From Entomortierella parvispora E1425 (taxonomy: Eukaryota; Fungi; Mortierellomycota), in the NCBI GenBank assembly GCA_020891255.1, contig BQFW01000010.1, positions 1,550,001 to 1,614,000 on the forward strand: a stretch of 64,000 nt of DNA, read 5' to 3'. Both the position numbers and the translations under genes were made by a program. The notes beneath the pieces are model-generated. The model made no database searches, was not told the DNA's origin, and saw nothing but the letters and a program-made list of their open reading frames with translations. This document shows, in pieces, positions 24,079 through 36,056 of the stretch (the stretch's first letter is position 1; each line of letters starts with the position of its first letter).

Positions 24079-24151
24079 GCTCGCTTAGCTTAGTCGGTAG
24101 AGCGTTGTGCTAATAACGCAAAGGCCGCAGGTTCGATCCCTGCAGTGAGCA
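24079..24151 (+). tRNA. tRNA-Ile (anticodon AAT), intronless
   Basis: Acceptor stem GCTCGCT/AGTGAGC plus discriminator A, D-loop AGTCGGTAGAGC, anticodon arm TTGTG-CTAATAA-CGCAA, T-arm GCAGG-TTCGATC-CCTGC, followed by T-runs (Pol III terminator). Confidence 0.96.
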
Positions 24152-24415
24152 TTCTTTTATTACTTTTTTGTAAAATCACACTCGGTGGCTTGGCTTACAG
24201 AATCTTGACACCGACATTTCCTGCAAGCATCTGTGCGCCTACCAAAACCACATGACCCCACTTCACATTCAACAACTCTCTCCTCCTCCCCTATCGGAAT
24301 ACCCACACCCTTCATCGCACTAGCGGGAGATTCAACTTTCGCCACTATACCAGGAATAATCCCCCCCCCCCCCTCATCGACACTTGTACACGGCCGTCCT
24401 TGCAAGATTTCAACC

Positions 24416-25075
24416 ATGGCATCGGGAACACCTCGCGTTCTTGCCATCTCTCTGCACAATCAGCCATGGTTTGCTGAGATGTATGCTCCGCTTTTGACCG
24501 CCCTCAGGTCAAACGCGGAATTTCAGCAAGCTGAAAACTTAATCTCAGCCATTCGGCTTTTATCACAACTCCCGGAGCCTTCGGCCGTACTTATCACGGA
24601 CGAAGCGCTGACACTCCGAGAGAGCAGTGCTGTCTGGGACGCAGTTCTAGAGTATGTCCGTCGCGGGGGTACCGCCATTGTCATGGGCCTCTTCCCCTCT
24701 TTCGTCCAACCAAACCGCGTTAGGCCATTCTTCTCTCGAGCAGGCCTGGAGTGGGGAGCTGGATCGTACCACAGAACAACCCTGGCATTAAACCGTACCG
24801 CGGTTGATGTGGCCAATGCCACGAAGCTGCCGCAAAGATACAGCCAGAAGGCGCTCTTCGTGAAGAATGTCGCACCAGAGAACATGTGGTACCAGACCGA
24901 TGATAACTCGGTGGTTCAATCTATGGTCTTTGCTCCGACAAGTGCCAACACGCCCGGGGAGACAGCCGTGGCGATGGCTGCAGTTGGCAGAGGAAAGCTG
25001 GGGTATATCGGGGACGTCAATGCGGAGGACGGGTCGAATGCGGTCGTTCTTGCCATGTGTGGACTCCTGCAATAA
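24416..25075 (+). CDS. Intronless 219-aa protein with a probable class I glutamine-amidotransferase-like (flavodoxin-like) fold; function unknown
   Basis: Pattern 'AVLITDEAL...VLEYVRRGGTAIVMG', 'GSYHRTT', 'YSQKA', 'GKLGYIGDVNAEDGS..VLAMCGL'. I recall this family from Dikarya; not verified by search. Confidence 0.7.
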   Translation: MASGTPRVLAISLHNQPWFAEMYAPLLTALRSNAEFQQAENLISAIRLLSQLPEPSAVLITDEALTLRESSAVWDAVLEYVRRGGTAIVMGLFPSFVQPNRVRPFFSRAGLEWGAGSYHRTTLALNRTAVDVANATKLPQRYSQKALFVKNVAPENMWYQTDDNSVVQSMVFAPTSANTPGETAVAMAAVGRGKLGYIGDVNAEDGSNAVVLAMCGLLQ

Positions 25076-25242
25076 AGCAAGATATCACTACTCAAGAAGC
25101 AGAAAGTAAATATGCTTTTTATTTTCTTTTTGATAAGTCCTCAAGAATCTCACGAAAGCCTGTTTGATCAAAGAGTTCAGATTCTTTTATTTTTTGTTTT
25201 TTTCCCTTTGTCTTGAATCCTTGACTGATGGAGTAGTTTCAA

Positions 25243-26420
25243 TCAGTCCTTGATCCTCTGCCTCGTCCATGCCAGTTGCTTGACAGTCGAAGAGCTGGAC
25301 TCTCCAGCTTTTAGGAAAACCAGGGTGGGTTGATGAAGGATGTCAAAAATAACGGTTTTGGTCAGGGATCCCCAATGGTCCTGGCAGTACGACCGTGGCG
25401 CCCAATCCTTGGCGACAATGGCGAATGGAGTCGACGTGACCAAACTTGCCCATCATGGCTTCTTGGAAGAGACGGTGAGTGGGCCAATGGGCCAGAGATT
25501 GCTCTGCCGAGAATGATATGGGTGAGAGGATAAGATGAGAAAGTGGGTGGAAACCACAAAAGCGACTGTAGTCTCTTCCGGAGGATAACTGATAATGAGG
25601 GGGTCGGACGAATTGTCCAGGTGTTGCGGAAAGGGGCAGGCGGATCCGGAAGAGCGAGGTTGGCCAAGAGGCCGAAAGACGATGAGTTCTTGTCATCCTG
25701 GGCGGACAGGGAGTCCGCAGTCGACATCGGTGCAGAGGATCATCGTAATGGGAGGAGTTCATACCCCGGACCTGCTTGAAAGTTGGTCCTAGCCAGTACA
25801 TCGTGAGTACCAAATAAGTGAGGAGAAGAGATGATGGTGGAACAAAAAAAAAAAAAAAAAAAAAAAATGGTTCCCTCCCCTTTTATCACGCTCGAGCACA
25901 GCTTTGTGCCACGTGGACCGTGCGCATCCTTGTCCTGGAGGGGCGAAAGGCTTCTGGTGCCCATCCTTGTTGACGTCCGCCTTTTCTTTTCCCTCATGCT
26001 CCCTGATCCCAACAAGATCTGTGGAGCTAGCAGCAGAACTCGAACTAAGAAGTGGACTACGATCAATGTCAGGATCAAACTTTCCTTGTCAAACTGGGGG
26101 ATCTCAGCTATCTATGCCTTGACCCCAATAAGGCCTCTTACAAGAAAGCGACGGCGCTTGCCCACACTCACCTCCGATTACTGGAAAGCCGGCAGCTGTC
26201 TTTTACCATCATATGATTTGGTGCAACCCATATGACCAGCCAAACAACTGAAGAAAAAAAACAGAAAGCATGTCTGACCTACTTGGAGCCATGTAGAAGA
26301 CGTCTTCTTCAATCTGGAAACAGGTTAGCTGGGTCCTCACCACAATCGTAGTCCGTACATTTCTTAAAGGCAAGGTATCTATTTGGACCGATGTCCCCCT
26401 ACCGAGCCGCAACATGTCCA
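25243..26420 (-). pseudogene. Possible decayed coding remnant (unidentified)
   Basis: Short coding-like frames with intron-like pyrimidine tracts and AG/GT sites. No frame is continuous and no domain is recognised. Confidence 0.25.
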
Positions 26421-26715
26421 CATTCAGCCTTGTGTGGTATCTGGCTCAACTTGCGAACTTGAGGTGCACCAGTGGATCCCACCGCCTATGGGTCTCGCAA
26501 GAGCTGCGCTCAGTCCTTCATAGCCGCTGCCCCTATTCTTGTGTCGGGATAAAGGAGCAGACAGTCACTATCAGTGCTGATATTGTGCTATCGTCTTGTG
26601 CGCATCCTCTTTTGGGGGCGCGTCTTGGTGAAATCAAGAGCCATTTTTGCAGACTCGATCCATTTTCACTTGCAATATTTCATATTTATTTATGTATGGT
26701 CTAGTTGTTTTCTTC

Positions 26716-28442
26716 TTAATCCAACGTGGCATATTTCTTCAAATGTTCAGGGAGGGCGTCGATCAATCCCTTGGACTCGATCCACTTTTTACTGAACAAT
26801 CTAGACTGGTACCGGTGAGCACCATCGCAGAGGATTGTCACAATGTTCTTGCCAGGTCCCAACTTCTTGGCCATCTCCACTGCAGCCACCACGTTCAAGG
26901 CCGAGGACGCGCCGACATAGATACCTTCCTCATCCAACAGTCTGTAAATCATCTTCAGGGAGTCTGCATCGGGGATCTGAACTGCATCATCAATCAGCTC
27001 AATCTCTCCCTTCAAGTTGTCTGTAACACGTCCCTGACCGATACCTATCGTGGTTGACAAAAACAGAAACACACATACAAGGGTCAGCATCGGTATCAAT
27101 CATATCGGTTCATATCAGACAGAATGCCTCGGGTCATGTTCAGTGGCGCTTACCCTCAGTGATGGAGCTGCCACCACGTTCGATCAAAGTACCGCCGCTC
27201 TTAATGTAGCTGTACAAAACACTGCCTGGGGGATCGGCCAAGAAGATCTTTGTCTTTCCCTGGGATTTTTCCTTCAAGTACCTGGCAATGCCGGCCAAGG
27301 TACCGCCGGTACCGGTCGAGCAAGTGAATCCATCAACCTGACCCTCCAATTGCTGCCAAATCTCGGGACCGGTCGTCTCAATATGGGCACGACGGTTGGC
27401 CGTGTTATCGAACTGGTTAGTCCAGACCGCGTTCTCCAAAGCCTCAGCGTGGCGGGCGGCTTGGTGGTTGTAGTTTTGAGGGTTGTCGAATGCAACGGCT
27501 GGCACTGGGTGAACCTCAGCACCTATTTTTTTTTTTCAATCGTGGGAAAACAATGCAGAACAAGGTTAAAAAGGCGTAAAAAAATAAAAAAAATAAATGG
27601 CATGTGCAAGCTTCCGAGAAGATAACCCGATCTCTGTTCAATCCCGATGAAGGAGAAGAACGGAGGAGGAAAGGAGGACAAGAAACAAAGAAATCAAGAT
27701 TCTTTCCTTATTGGACTTACCGAGCATGCGCAAGAGATCAATCTTTTCCTGACTCTGAGTGTTGGGCATGTAGATCACGCACTTGTAGCCCTTTGCTCTG
27801 CAGACGTGCGCAAGACCAATTCCAGTGTTTCCTGCAGTTCCTTCAACAACAGTGCCGCCGGGCTTGATGAGACCTAGTAGACAGCGCGAAACGCTGGGTT
27901 AGAGGTCAAGTTGTCATCTCGGCGTAAAAAAAAAAACTCGGAAAAAAGCTCGCTCATCACTTTACCTCTCTCCTCAGCATCCTTGACAACATAGAGGGCA
28001 GCACGATCCTTGACGGATCCACCGGGGTTCATGAACTCGGCCTTGGCATAGATGTTGCTTCCAGTCTCCTTGCTGAGACGGTTAAGACGGATCTGATCAT
28101 TGTGAGTTTGAACCACAGCAGAAAAAAAGGGTTAGATCCAAACCAGCAAGGGTAAACAGGCAGAGTAATATTGCAAAATATCAACAAAGGCATGCTTACC
28201 AGAGGTGTGTTTCCTAGAGCGCCAACAAAGCCCTCAACAGGCTATTGACAAAGAGAGCAGTGAAGGACGTTGGTGTTTGAGCATTAGCAACTCGGGTCGA
28301 ATGTCAGTCCTCATTGCTTTCATGAGCCGGAGCACATGCCATCCATCCAGAGCACAGTACGTACCTTTGCGGCAGTAATAATGGGAGTGTGGGTCGTCGA
28401 GTAGGCCCTCCGCGCGACCGACGACAGTCCTGTCCTGAGCAT
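26716..28442 (-). CDS. Cysteine synthase (O-acetylserine sulfhydrylase, CysB/Cys11 type) with a mitochondrial-type presequence; multi-exon
   Basis: 'GNTPL|IRLNRLS...[17 protein letters not shown]' contains the PLP lysine. Also '[10 protein letters not shown]', 'ITEG|IGQGRVT' and '[13 protein letters not shown]'. N-terminus is '[16 protein letters not shown]'. Confidence 0.95.
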
Positions 28443-30670
28443 GGTGAGTTGTGTTGAGGAGGTGGGTGTGGGGTGAACAAGAACAAGAGGCGACTCCGCA
28501 ACGTAAAGTGTCCAAGGAAGGACAATCCGTGACTCGATCTCTGATTCGCCACCATGGCGCCATATTTCGCAGTCACCATCATCGCGCGTGTGTTTCGACG
28601 CCTTCTGTGCCTGCAAAGAACATTGGTCGATCAGGATCAGCTTCCCTCCCACAGGTGTGGCTCCGTTGCTGAACGTGAAAATAGCCTGTGCATCTAGGAA
28701 TCGACGCGACGCGGGGCTGCAAGTCGGGGTCAAGAATATATTCCATGCTTCTGTCTAGATAGATCCGCAGACGCGACTCTCTCTGCATGCTCTGGGTTGA
28801 CAAAAGCAATCTCCCGAGCAGCCCTTGAGTTCCATGGGTTGTTGGTAAGTTTCAGACATGTGAGTGGCTGCATTCCTTGGATTTGGGTAGTAAAGGTAGA
28901 ACAGCATCCCTTCATTATCTATATATCAGAGTTCAGTAGACTGGATGGTATCGAGAGGGCTGGCTGTTGCTTGGCTTGATGACTTGTAGTCCGTCCACAG
29001 GGCCAGGCAGGGTTCACCTCTAGTCCAAGTCAAGCCTAGTCTCAACCTTCCTAATTTCCCACTTTTTTAGATCTGGTTGGCACCTGCTTTCTGAGCACAT
29101 TCGAACAAGACGATCTTTGTCTTGGTCGTGAGCTGTTGCAAACAGGGGCTCGAACCTTGAGATCACTGACACGCACGCTCTCAGTCTCTCTCTTTCCTTC
29201 TTTCATCTTTCCAAACACCGTGGCCCCCCCCTTCCACTCCTCCCCTCTCATGAGCTGCTGTTGCTGGGTTGATGTCTCTGAGATATATTTGTCTCCAAAG
29301 TGTGAGCCGTTTCGATATCGCGCAAGAGTTGGGGTTTTTTTTGACTTGTTGCTGATGATGCGGTACAGGTTTTGAGAGCATTCCTGTCATCGCAGGGCCA
29401 ACTTTTTTGGTTGTTTTTCACAAACCAAAGACAACGTTGGGTTTTGTTTGTTTTTGAGAGCAATCATTTCTAATAATTGAACATGGGCACACAAAAAGAA
29501 ACAGTTGGCTCAGAAATCGTTTTCTTTTTAAGCAACGGAGGGAAAGGAAGATAGTCAGTATGTAAACGGAGAGAAAAAGTAAAGAGAGAGAGAAAGGTTG
29601 AGAGGTGGGTTGCGGGGAGAGATGATGAAGATAATAGCTATGTAGTCAGAAACTGATGATAGAGCATGGACAAAAGGAAATGGTGGAAACAAGAGAGCCG
29701 TGGGGTATCCTCCTCAAGAGGAGAGGCAGACAGAATGAACAGTAAAAATAGGGTCGATTGCCTGGGTTGATCGGCGACCCAATGGCTCAACATTGGCCAC
29801 TGCATAGTAGACCACCATGGGTACCTCCATGAGGTTTTGGTTCATGTAAGCGATCGCGGGACGCGGCCAAAAGGTTGGAGATTGAACATTATGGTGTGTC
29901 AGGGCGCGATAAACGAAAAAAAAAGCTACTAAGCCGAGAAGACAAAGGCACGGGTAGATGGTGCAAAAGAGATGGAGGGATGTTAAAACGACGCAGGGCG
30001 GACAGAAGGGGATTGAGGGTTCCTCGGACCTTGTTCCCCGCACTCTGCTGATCCATTGCAGGAGAATATTATTGTTGTTACAGCGAATAGTGATTGAATA
30101 TCTGTTTGGTCTGGGAACACAAAGAGAAAGTGCATTCACCTTCTTTTGAATGTGCTCTTGTGTGTTTGTTGGAGAACAACAAGAGGAACAACAATGGTTG
30201 ATTGTCTCAAAGTGAAAGAATGAACTGCAGGAAGGAACAGGGCCGAGCTCCGAGATTAATGTGGGTAGATGGGCGTGCCGATAAAGAAAAAAAATAGCAA
30301 AAGTGCAGGAAGAGTAGAGCTGCCTTGACCATGACGACAATTGGAGGCAAGGGATGGTCTTTGAGCTGTTCTCTCCCCTGACCGGATCATTGTCGCGTGC
30401 GATCCGAGCACTCTGCAGCTGGAACGTCTCCAAGAAGGAGTCGTTGTATGTTGACAGATGACAACCAGGAGGAAAGAGCGGGAGGACAGACCAGGGACCA
30501 CCAAGATAGCATTCATTCAGAGTTCATTCGTTCGATTGCAAGGAGGAAAGGTTCAGAGCGAGGCTCGACCCGCGCCAATGGTCGCTGGCAAACCGAGAGG
30601 GTTTGGTTGGTTGGTTGGCAGGGAGTGGAGTGAGAGGGCGAGCGAGGGTGGTTGGTGCTACTCGAGCGTG

Positions 30671-30727
30671 GAATATGAATATGAATACGGACGAAGAGTA
30701 TGAGTATGAATATGAATACGAATATGA
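30671..30727 (+). repeat. Imperfect (GAATAT/GAGTAT)n hexamer repeat
   Basis: Read directly; upstream of the LIM gene. Confidence 0.75.
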
Positions 30728-31155
30728 AAAGGATTGGACGGATGCTCTCCTTTATTTTCGCTTGTCTGTGAAGCGAGGGAAGGCACACTAGAACCCTTTT
30801 CTTCGTCTCTTGGCTCATCACCACTCTCCTCTTCTTCATCCTTGTCCTTGTTTTCATCATCATCATCTTCTCTTGACAAAACCCCCCATCCCTTCCCTCT
30901 CTTCTTTTTTTCCCCCCCTCTCTTCTTCTCTTCTCTTCTTTCTCTCTTTCTCTTTTATTGCTCTCATTCCATTCGGGATCAGAAACCAAAAAGTTCAGCC
31001 AACCAGAGAGTCTCAGCTCAGGGCAAAGAGGCCGTTCTCTCTCTCTCTCTTCGACCACATCGATACACGACTCTTTTGCACGCACTGCACTCACTCAGGG
31101 ACAGCATCATCATCCACCCCATCCACGACACGACCACAATCATCACTTCTCTCCA

Positions 31156-31746
31156 ATGAGCGTCAAGGATCCTCGCTTGTCCCAGATCCTCCCCGTCATC
31201 CGTTGCTCGGACTGTGGCCATGATGTCGAGTTTCGCCTGCTGGGCGAGCACGTGTGTTCGTCTGCACCTCCCATGCCTGCCCTTCCAGTCATTCCCCTGT
31301 CGTTGAAGTGTAAGTTGCATGAGAAGAATAATAAATGAGCTAAAGCAAAGGGGACTCAAGGATACGGCAGCCAGGAAGCAGCCAAAGGCGCAGACGCAGA
31401 AAGGAGCAAGAGACAGAGACGCCTCTGCGACGTGATGATGAGACCTGCGGGGTGTTTCTTGCCTTTCGCTTCATTCGCGGTGTGCCCGTGAATATGAAGA
31501 CGAGTACGAAGACGACAGGTGAGAGTGTGGTCTCCAGCCTCCTCTTGCTGTCCCTTCTACCCTGTGTCCATGTCTATCATGTACATGTATGTACAGATTG
31601 CGTCTCTTTCTCGTTCTTTCTCTCTCTCTCCCTGCCAAGCGAGCGCGTCAGGACCATCCACCTGCGAGAGAGAGAGAAGAAGGAAATAGAGTCAATCAGA
31701 GTTTCAACGAATAGGAGACAACGAAAAAAGAGACGAACGGGACATG

Positions 31747-31782
<36 letters not shown>

Positions 31783-34700
31783 GGCAGACAGACAGACAGA
31801 CAGACAGACGGACTGCTCGGGAAACAAGCAGAACAGCCAACAGGACAGGTCAAGAGTTCGGCAGCAGCGATGGAGCAGAAACAACATGGTCGTCGACTTA
31901 CTTCAGCTGCAGTCCGGACTTGACTCGACTCGATCCGTCTTTGTGTGCCTCTTTGCTTTTTCTCGGTTTTTGAGAGACGACCGTGTTGGTGCAGTTGCAG
32001 TTGCAGCCCTTGTCGACCCTTTACTAACTACATCTACATCTACATCTACATCTCTTCCGTTCCACTCTTTCTGGTTCTCTCCCTGGCTTTCTCTCTTTCT
32101 CTGATCCGCTCTCGCTCGTCGCCGTGGCCACCCCACCCTCACCTCCTGCCGGTTTGTTGTTGGACATGTCACTCTCTGCTCGCCTTGTTTTTTCCTCCCC
32201 TGAACATTCTCTGCATCACCATCATCGTGCTTCTTGTCCTCGTTTTTTTGTGTTGCTTTTGCTATCGACCGGACCGGGTTATTTCTCGTTCCCCCCCTCC
32301 TTTTCATCTCTTGTCTCCGTCTTTGTCCTTTTTACCTAACGGCCTTAATACCTCACGTTCAGCCCGCGGAGATGCATCATCACAGCCCCCAAGGACTCCT
32401 TCCCGGAACGGTACGTCCTGAACCTTTTGACAATTGACAAATGACAAATGACAACTGACTAAAACGGCGCCAATTGTCGGAACTAACCTCCTTTTTTGCT
32501 CTCGTATCGTGTGCAACACAGAAACTTCGGGTGCAACATCTGGCGCGTACAAACCAGGATACAAACCGCCACCCATCCCCATCAACTCCCCTGCGCCTGG
32601 ATCGCCTGGACCCTCCCACTCACACTACAACAATAACAGCAACGGCAGCAATGCTCATGGATCGCCCATCTCCCCCGGCAGACCCTCCACGGCCTCACCA
32701 CGACCTTCTCTGCCCTTTTTGGAGAAATACGCCCAAAAGAAAAAGACTGCCACTTCTTCGCCCCCCGTGCCTAATAATACCAACGGCAGCGGCAGCAATG
32801 CCCTCACGGGCTCTCCTCTTTCGGTCTCGCCCACAACCCCGACCGCCCCGAGTTATGACCGCCAGATCCATGCCAATGGGTCTTCCAATGGCCATCATCA
32901 GCGAGAGCAGAACGATTATTTCCCCAAAGGTGCAGCTGGAGGAGACCCTAGGTCGAGGACGCCCATGGACGACCACCGATACCCTTCTTCTTCTGCTACC
33001 AACATTCCAGGGGCAGGTCGATCCAAGACCCCGGATTCATCGAGTCAGTTCTCAACGAGCCCCAATTCCATGCGTGCATCGCAGCAACCGGCTTTACCTC
33101 AAAAGTCAAATGCTCGTAGTCCCTCAATTGCCTCTGCACAAGGACTGGGCATCAATGGACTGGACATGAACGGACGCATCAAATCACCGACCATGAACGG
33201 TAGCTCTAACGGATATGACTATGGGCGTTCAGGAGACCCCCGTGACCGTGGAGACCCTCGGGACCGAGACTGGGAAAAGAACCAGCAGCAAAGGGGTGAT
33301 TACGGATCTTCACCACCCTCGATCAGCAATGGCTTCAATCGATCGGGTTCCTCCGGCTCGACAGCCTCTTCTGTCCTGGCCGAGCGAAACTTCCAGCGGG
33401 AGCGATCCAACACCGTGCTCTCGGAACGTTCAGAGCGCTCAGCGAGATCTGTTCGTTCAGAGCGATCTGAAAAGTCTTCGGACAAGGACCGGTCTGGTAG
33501 CAGTCGTTACCCTGAAGATGAGCGATCGGATAGAACCAGAGATCGTGAGCGTGAGCGTGATCGGGATAGAGACCGAAGCGACAAGGACCGTTACAACCAA
33601 CCGACATCTTCTTCATCACGCTCTGGAGGCCGCCATCAGGATGGGTCTTCTGCTTACAAGACACCTTCACCTCCAGTTTCTCCAGAGGGCACTCGCTCAG
33701 GCGATATGATGTCGAACGCGAGCAAGCAGTCCAGTTACAGACCTCCAACTCCTCCGGATATGTCTTCACCTATCCCCACCAGAGGTATGTGTATCACTTT
33801 GGAATGACATGGGTTTGTGGTTCTTCAGTCGATTAACCTGTTATTTCCCCTTTTTCACCATTGTCCAGGACGTCGTCCTTCTGTAGCGGCACCAGCTCGC
33901 AAGCCCAGCGGCGACCAATTTGATGCCTTGATGGACGATTTGATCCAGGAGATCAACGTTATGCCAGCCTCCTCACGCGACTCTGCCCGTCCCTCCTCTC
34001 ATCGCTCGAGATCTCGCCCCAACTTGCCAGAACCAGGCTCCAGTCGCTCTCAGCGCGATTTGTTGGCTGGTTCGCCCCCTCCAACACCAGGCCTTCCCAA
34101 GTTGGCCAGTGGATCCGATAGCATCAGGAGCCATCGTTCTGGACGAGGCGAGCACCACAGTGAACGGGAGAGGGACCGTGGTGACCGAGCGGACCGTGAG
34201 CGCGAACATCGCAGTGATCGGGACAGAGGCGACCGTGACCGGGACAGAGAGCGCTCGGATCGATCTGACCGCGAGAGACGAAGCGATCGTGAACGTGAGC
34301 GCACGGATCGTGGAGATCGTGACCGTGAACGCGATCGTGAGGGTCGGGAACGGGAGAGGGAGAGGGAGCGCGCCTCTGGCAGGTCCTCGACCCGCAGTCG
34401 TTCGACGCATCGCAGGGGAGGTGTCCAGCATTGCGAGGGCTGCAAACATGATATTCAGCCTCATGAGATGTCGACAGTGGTCAAGATGACCTTGGGAGAC
34501 TACCATGCTGAATGTTTCAACTGTGCTAGATGTCGACGCCCTATTGACTCGCCCCGACAAGGGCACGAGTATGAAGGACGATTGCTCTGCGAGAAGGATT
34601 ACAGTAGAGTCTTGGAGAAGGAAGCACTTCGCGCTGCTGGCGGAGAGAAGAGCTCTTCTTCCCGAAGCAGGACGACAGTTGTGTGTGCAGGATGCGATGG

Positions 34701-35384
34701 ACCCATCCAAAACGAGTCACCCGTGTACGCCTTGGGCTTGTCATGGCACGAGCGTCATTTGCAATGCCATCACTGCAAGAAGGCGATCCAATCCTCTGTC
34801 GGCCATGTGGAGAAGAACGGCCGAGTTTATTGTCCCAAGGATTTCGGAGAGTTGTTCTTGCCAAAGTGCCGAGCCTGTGGATTGCCTGTAGAGAAGGAGG
34901 CTGTTTGCGCACAGGATGGCAAGCTAGAGGGCAAGTGGCATGCAGCTTGTTTCGGATGCCAGACTTGTAAGAAGCCATTCCCGGACAAGAGCTTCTATGT
35001 CTTTGGAGATGCCCCTTACTGCAGGCGTCATTACCACAAGCTGAACAACTCGTTGTGCAAAAGCTGCGATCAACCGATTGAAGGTCCTTGTGCTCAGACC
35101 ATGGAGGTAAGACTTTTGGAAATAGCTGTCGGGTGTTTTTTTTTTTTTTGTGACAAATGGAAACGAACATGTTTTTCTAATCGATTCATTTGTCTCTGTT
35201 TCTTTTCTTTCAGGGTTGGCGATTCCATCCTGGATGCTTCTCATGCGTGGAGTGCAAGACGCCATTGACGGATATTTATTACAATTTTGAGAACCAGGCT
35301 TACTGTGAGAAGGATATCATGGTTATTCAACGGACTCGAAACGTCCGTGCGGAACGTCGCAAGACCTTCTTTGGAAAGGTTTAA
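31156..35384 (+). CDS. Paxillin-like protein with four C-terminal LIM domains and an N-terminal C-x2-C...H-x-C motif; multi-exon
   Basis: LIM repeats begin CEGC, CAGC, CRAC and CKSC, each with H-x2-C-x2-C and terminal C-x2-(D/H). Exon 1 is 'MSVKDPRLSQILPVIRCSDCGHDVEFRLLGEHVC'. The middle is RS/RD-rich. Confidence 0.88.
31747..31808 (+). repeat. (GACA)n microsatellite in the first intron of the LIM gene
   Basis: Read directly; about 15 units with one interruption. Confidence 0.9.
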
Positions 35385-36056
35385 AGGCGCGAGAAAACAA
35401 CGGTGGAAGGCCAGGAAAGGGGAAGGAAAGACCCCTGACCTCCCCAACACTTTCTTCTTTTCGGCCCAGGCCCTTTTATTTATCATTTTTGTTCTATTTA
35501 TTTATTTATCCTCTATTTTGTTTGATGCATCATATCCCCCCCCCTCCAAGGCTCCAAATGGGAAAAGAGAGCACGGACGGAGACAGTTGCTCCTCCTCCC
35601 TCCCTCATTCTCAACCACATCATTTTCGGTCATATTCTTTCCTCTATGATATCCCTCAACCTCTACCTCATTTCAAGTATTTAAATCTAAAGAAAACCAT
35701 CAATCAACCCACTTTTGCCACATAAAAAAGAAAACAAATCCCCCTCCAAAAAAAAAAAAAAAAACATGACCCTCCAATAAACGACAGTTGTTCCTTGAAT
35801 TGGTGCCAAAACAGAATGATGCAAGTGTGGCGAGGACAAGGATTTCTATTATACAAGATGAGAGAGCAAGCAATAAGAACTAGAGCAACTAGGGAGGAGG
35901 AAAAAAAAGGGGATGGAAACTACAACATGAAGGACATAAAAGCTAGGCTATGTAGAATAACAAAACTCTTGTGCGCCAAGCTACAAGAGAAAACAAAGAG
36001 GTAGAGAGAGGTCGTGAGGTAGAGAGAGGTGGGCCCCCTTTCCTGCCCTTTCCTGC

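Noticed and set aside
29140-29190. B-box-like GGTTCGAGCC on the minus strand, possible tRNA or SINE
   Set aside because: No cloverleaf; spacing from the AGAGCG segment is too short, and there is no acceptor stem.
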